Positions 59,028 through 64,000 of a stretch of 64,000 nucleotides of DNA are shown here, in pieces. This stretch comes from Chlamydiia bacterium (GTDB lineage Bacteria; Chlamydiota; Chlamydiia; Chlamydiales; Rhabdochlamydiaceae), in the NCBI GenBank assembly GCA_963804085.1, contig CAWDOQ010000016.1:75288-139287 (forward strand), read 5' to 3'. The notes beneath the pieces are model-generated. The model worked only from the letters and a program-made list of their open reading frames with translations, ran no database searches and was not told the DNA's origin. The position numbers and the translations under genes were made by a program. The stretch's first letter is position 1; every line of letters begins with the position of its first letter.

Positions 59028-62000
59028 TTAAAATTTGATTAGAAATTGGGCCAGCACACGATTGTCTTGGAAATGCTCGCCCCACTTGCCTTTGTAGTCG
59101 AGAGAGAGGGTCTGATTTTCATCTGGGAAAAGGAAGGTGAGGCCGCACGAGGCGCTAATAAGTCTGCGGTCGGGGTTCATGCCGTAGGTGGTCATCGTGC
59201 AGGAGGAGCCTGCAAAGCTCGATTTGGTGCGCTTGCCCATAAAGCGCCACTCGCGGATACCGCTTAAACCAATCGTTGGAGAGACCTTGTTCCTACTCAT
59301 CGAGAAGCAGCGCGACACTTGGATGCCGGCTTCTGCATCCAAAAAGTTGGAATTCTTATTTTGCACGCGCAGATTTAGGCTTTTTGCTCCATGCTCTTTG
59401 AAGCTGTTCTCATGGACAAAGATGTAATCGGCTTGCACAAACGGAGAGAACTGCACTTTTTTCCCGAAGAGCAGGCCCCCTTGTGCGTGGCCTGAGCCCT
59501 GCCAGCCGTTATGTGAACCCTTGGCAGTTCTATCGACCAAAATCAAAACCCCATCGCCAAAGGAGATGTTACGAGCAGTGTTGTAGTGGTTGTAGCTTCC
59601 CATTCCGGCAGCAAACAGATAAGCATATTTGCTGTAGAAGCTGGCGTAAAGAGCTCCGTAGCCATTTTGCATGTTGGCGTAGCCCTGATCCTCTTTCCAG
59701 TTTAGATGCTCGTAGCTGTAGCCAACAGCGCCGCCAAAGGTCCAGTGGTGTGCAAGGGAGTAGTCGATGCCCGTTGTGATCCCGCCGGTTCCTGTGTTAA
59801 AGCCTGCTTGACCACTCTGATTTCTCTGGTAAGCAAAGCCACCAAACGGTGACACCCAAAATCCGAGATGCTTTTCCGGTTTGCAGGCCTCTTCTTTTGC
59901 TTCCGATTTCAGAGTTAGAACCGAACCGTTTTTTAGGTGGGGCAACTTTCTTAGCGGGCTGACAGGCAGGAGGACAGATCTCTGTTGTCTCACGCAATCT
60001 GTGGAAGATCGTCCCGCTGGTGTAGAGCGAAGTGTTTTCTTGGGCGATAGCAAGCGCTGTGTACTGCGAGGGTTGTAGCTCATCTAAAGCAAGTGCCAGT
60101 CCTTCCAGTGTGGGAATCTGACGCAGCTCTGCAATGACGAGTTCTCCATCGCTTCCAGAAGCCGGGGTAAGTGTGTCTAGACAAGTAGCAACTGCACCTG
60201 CATTACCTCCCACAACTACCTCTGCAAAAGGAATCGTGCCGATCTCTGTTAGAACAACATCAGTAGGATCATAACTGACCGTTGCTCTGAACGTGGGGAG
60301 CGAGAGCACTACGTTTGCGAACTGATTTGTCACGGTGCCGCCGCCTAGCGTCTGAACGATGGTGTAGCTTTGAGAGGCAGGATAGACTCCGGATCGACTG
60401 TGACACTCAATGTGTCGTTGGATCCAATAGTGAATGAACCGGTGACATTGAGACGGCTTGCTAGCCCTGCAGCATTAATCTCTGTTTGAAATGTTGCACC
60501 ACTTCCCAGGATTACATCGCCGGTGACGTTCATCGTTCCAATGCTATTTCCCGGAGAAATGGTTCCATTCACGGTTACTGTGTTTGGGCCAGTAACAGCG
60601 ATCGTTCCTGTTCCTCCTAAAGTCGCGCCACTTTGCACGGTCATACCGCCCTTAGTCGTAAAGAGTGTTGAATTTACGCTCAAGCGTCCACCCGTAACAG
60701 TAGTGGTTCCATCCAGAGTGCTGTCTGCGGTCAGGATCAAGTTGCCCGAGTTCTGCTTGGTAAGAGAACCGCCAGAGCCCAATGTGCTAGAAATAGTCCC
60801 GGCATAAGTTCCCGTTGCTGCTTGATCAAACACCAATGTCGCATTATTTAGGATGTTTCCTTGGAGGCTGGTTGTGTTGCCTTGCAGTGTGCCGCCTGAG
60901 ACTGTCGTCCCGCCCGAGTAGGTATTCGGTCCAGTCAAAGTGAAGGTACCTGCGCCCTGCTTGGTTAAAGACCCAAGAGAAGTATCAGAAATCACGCCGG
61001 AAAATGTGGAAGTTGGATTGGTCAAGGTCAGGTTCTTGCTTGTTCCTAAGGTGACAAACCCAGAGCTACTTAAATCCACTATGCTGGCAGAGGAGGGAGT
61101 CACCCCACTGATGTCAAAGGTTCCGGTTGCTGCAACAGATGAACTAGTTGCAATGCTTCCTGTCCCGGAAAGAGCAAGCGTACCGGTGCTAATCGTTGTA
61201 GCTCCTGTGTAAGTATTCGCTCCGCTCAAAGTAAAAGTGCCAGCGCCCTGCTTGGTTAAAGACCCAAGAGAAGTGTCAGAAATCACGCCGGAAAATGTGG
61301 AAGTTGGATTGGTCAAAGTCAGGTTCTTGCTTGTTCCTAAGGTGACAAACCCAGAGCTGCTCAAATCGACAATGCTTGCCGATGAGGAAGAGATACCGCT
61401 GATATTAAAGGTTCCAGTCGCTGCAACAGATGAACTAGTTGCAATGCTTCCTGTTCCCGAAAGAGCAAGCGTACCAGTGCTAATCGTTGTAGCTCCTCTG
61501 TAAGTATTCGCTCCGTTCAAAGTAAAGGTACCTGCGCCCTGCTTGGTTAAAGATCCAAGAGAAGTGTCAGAAATCACACCGGAGAATGTGGAAGTTGGAT
61601 TGGTCAAGGTCAGGTTCTTGCTCGTTCCTAGGGTGACGAACCCAGAGCTGCTCAAATCGACAATGCTTGCCGATGAGGAAGAGATACCGCTGATATTAAA
61701 GGTTCCAGTCGCTGCAACAGATGAACTAGTTGCAATGCTTCCTGTCCCGGAAAGAGCAAGCGTACCGGTGCTAATCGTTGTAGCTCCTGAATAGCTGTTC
61801 GTCCCTGCTAAGGTTAGGGTTCCGGCTCCTGTTTTAGCAAGTGCGCTTCCGCTGATCCCGCCTGATAAAGTCCCTGTATTTCCGGTGTCTACAAACATCG
61901 TGCCGGTTCCCGACACTATATTAATGGCATTCGATGCGGAGATCGTATCATTGAGTCCAAGGATAGTGGTATTGCTCATGGAAAGGGTCGCTGTTCCCAG

Positions 62001-64000
62001 GCCCGAGTTGTTGCCAAGGGTAATCTGGCCAGCAGAGAGAGTGGTTCCACCGGAGTAACCGTTTGCTCCGCTTAAAACTAAAGTTCCGCCGCTGGTCTTG
62101 GTCAGCGCACTGCTTGTCCCGCTAATAGCTCCAGACAAAGTCCCTGTGCCCGAGGGAACATCGACGATGGCTGTCCCCGAAGGGGTTAAACTAATGAGAT
62201 TCATCGCCGAGATGGCGTTATTGATTCCGAGAGTCGTTCCTGTGCTGATTGAGAGGATCCCAGTCCCAAGGCCTGTGTTGTTGCCAAGGGTAATCTGGCC
62301 GGCAGAGAGAGTGGTTCCACCGGAGTAACCGTTTGCTCCGCTTAAAACTAATGTTCCAGCACTTGTCTTGGTCAGCGCACTGCTTGTCCCGCTAATAGCT
62401 CCAGACAAAGTCCCCGTGCCGGAGGGGAACATCGACGGTGGCTGTCCCCGAAGAGGCTAAACTAATGGCATTCATTGCTGAGACGGTATCACTCAGCCCA
62501 AGCGTCGTTCCCGTGCTCATGGAAAGAGCTCCTGTTCCAAGGCCTGTGTTGTTGCCAACAGTGATCTGATCAGCAGAAAGCGTGGTGCCTCCTGAGTAGT
62601 TATTCGCTCCATTTAGGGTTAAAGTGCCGGCACTGATTTTTGTGATAGAAGAGCCGGATCCAGATATTTGAGATCCGATTAAGAATGGACTGCCGTTCGT
62701 GTCTAATGTCACAGATCCAAAAAGACTAAGGGGGTGTGCAGAAATGTTAGTCGAACCATTCGCTTGCAGGGTTGTTCCGTCATTGAGAACCACGTTGGCA
62801 TTGGTAATAACTCCAATGTTATCATCGCTTGAGATGGCAAGAGTGCCCGCTTGAACAGTCGTGATACCCTCGTAGCTGTTGGTTCCTGTAAGCGTCAAGG
62901 TTCCTGCACCCAATTTGCTAAGCGCGCTGGCGCCGCCCGAAATGGCAGATGAGATCGTGAAGGAATTGCCATTTGAGTCAAAATTCGCACCAGATCCCAT
63001 CATGGAAATTGGGTGGGTTGAAATTAGAGTAGTACCGATCGCCTGAAGAACTGTAGATTGACTCAAGGTCAAAGTCGTGATGTGCTCCAAGATTGCCATC
63101 GGCTGTGACTGCAAGTGTACCATTATTTATAGCCACTCCACCTGTGTAACTGCTGGTTCCAGATAGCTGAAGAACGCCGGTGCCGATTTTTGTCAAGGTG
63201 CCTCCGTTAGAGATTGCACCGCTGACTTGCATGTCAACTGCGTTCGAGCCGCTCGGAATGTTGAAGGTGCGGCTCTGACCGCCAAAGTCCAAAGTACCCG
63301 AAATGACCACAGGACCCGTGTTGGTTGTTGTATCATAAACGATATCAGTTCCCCCTGTAAAAGGAGTCCCTGTGAAGGCGATGGGGCCAGAAATGGTATT
63401 ACTTCCTTGGATGGTAAGAGGATGTGAGAGAGTAGTTGAATCGGAGCTGAGAGTTAAGAGAGCGCCTCCTTGTGTCAAGGTGCCTGAATCGAATATAAGA
63501 TTTAGGATGGTTTGAGCTTGCCCGTTTAAGTCGAGCGTACCGCCGTTAATGAGGTGAGAAGGAGTCGGAGACAAAGTGTTGGGTATAGCAGTTTGAAGTG
63601 TGCCGGCGCTGATCGTCATGCTGCCGGCGTAGGTGTTTGTTCCTCCAAGGATTAACGTGCCAGCGCCGATTTTTGTCAAAAAATTTCCAGAAATCCCCGA
63701 GGAGATGGATAAGGAATTGCCATTTGTGTCGATCGTAGCGGATCCTGGGCTGGAGATAGGGTGCGAGGAGATGGTGCCCGAGTCGCTAGCCTGGAGAGTT
63801 GTTCCATCGTTTAGAGTTAGGGCGCTCGTGCCAGCTCCGATGTTATCATCGCTTGAAATGGCGAGCGTGCCGCCGCTTACCGTCGTGCCACCCGTGTAGA
63901 TATTTGATCCTGTGAGTTGGAGAACTCCCAAGCCGGTTTTGAATAGTCCCATGCCGTTATCATTTTGGATAGTGTTAAAACACCATGTCAACGGCATTGA
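59028..64000 (-). CDS. Large autotransporter with passenger-associated (PATR) repeats; several frameshifts; 5' end beyond window
   Basis: Many LTK.GAGTL.L.G.NTY.G.TT...GTL repeats, SPGNSIG, C-terminal barrel (GIDY, SPF...DY, ends LIKF); spread over ORFs 62978-63997, 62392-63123, 60345-62432, 59797-60333 and 59028-60083. Confidence 0.9.
60940..61812. repeat. Three tandem 291-bp (97-aa) intragenic repeats
   Basis: CTTGGTTAAAG anchors at 60960, 61251 and 61542. Confidence 0.9.
62011..62550. repeat. Two 270-bp (90-aa) intragenic repeats
   Basis: TTGCCAAGGGTAATCTGGCC at 62011 and 62281; CCAGACAAAGTCC at 62131 and 62401. Confidence 0.85.

Noticed and set aside
59028..64000. Programmed phase variation of the autotransporter
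   Set aside because: Frameshift sites examined are short runs (e.g. G4), not long slippage tracts; error is more parsimonious.

Overview
64 kb from a bacterium of the phylum Chlamydiae, probably an environmental lineage. The assignment rests on a chlamydial-type tmRNA, type-2 IleRS, a three-ATP-cone NrdA with class Ic NrdB, an rmuC-pssA-nrdAB-PreP block, and PhoH/CT016/CT017-like genes. Layout: (1) ileS and ssrA (tmRNA). (2) A 10.4 kb integrative element inserted in the tmRNA 3' end, bounded by 22-bp direct repeats. It has an intact tyrosine integrase, an excisionase-like gene, a helicase, an iteron-like cluster, an HGGxSTG pair and Fic, plus LysE/DUF2000/LysR cargo, but no capsid or conjugation genes, so it resembles a phage satellite. 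(3) About 7 kb of older modules punctuated by further copies of the tmRNA 3' end: an F-box paralog pair, a porin, a BrnT-like TA pair, truncated YhcG and AAA-DUF4143. (4) An accessory region with effector-like and surface genes, decayed fragments, a pentameric ligand-gated ion channel and three tandem F-box proteins. (5) Core chlamydial genes, including nrdA with a 298-aa intein whose +1 residue is Gly rather than Cys/Ser/Thr. (6) A large PATR-repeat autotransporter running off the right edge. Several palindromic REP/MITE-like repeat families occupy intergenic spaces. Many single-base frameshifts in homopolymers suggest long-read assembly errors. No CRISPR array, rRNA or tRNA was seen. All family calls come from motif recognition by eye, not database searches.
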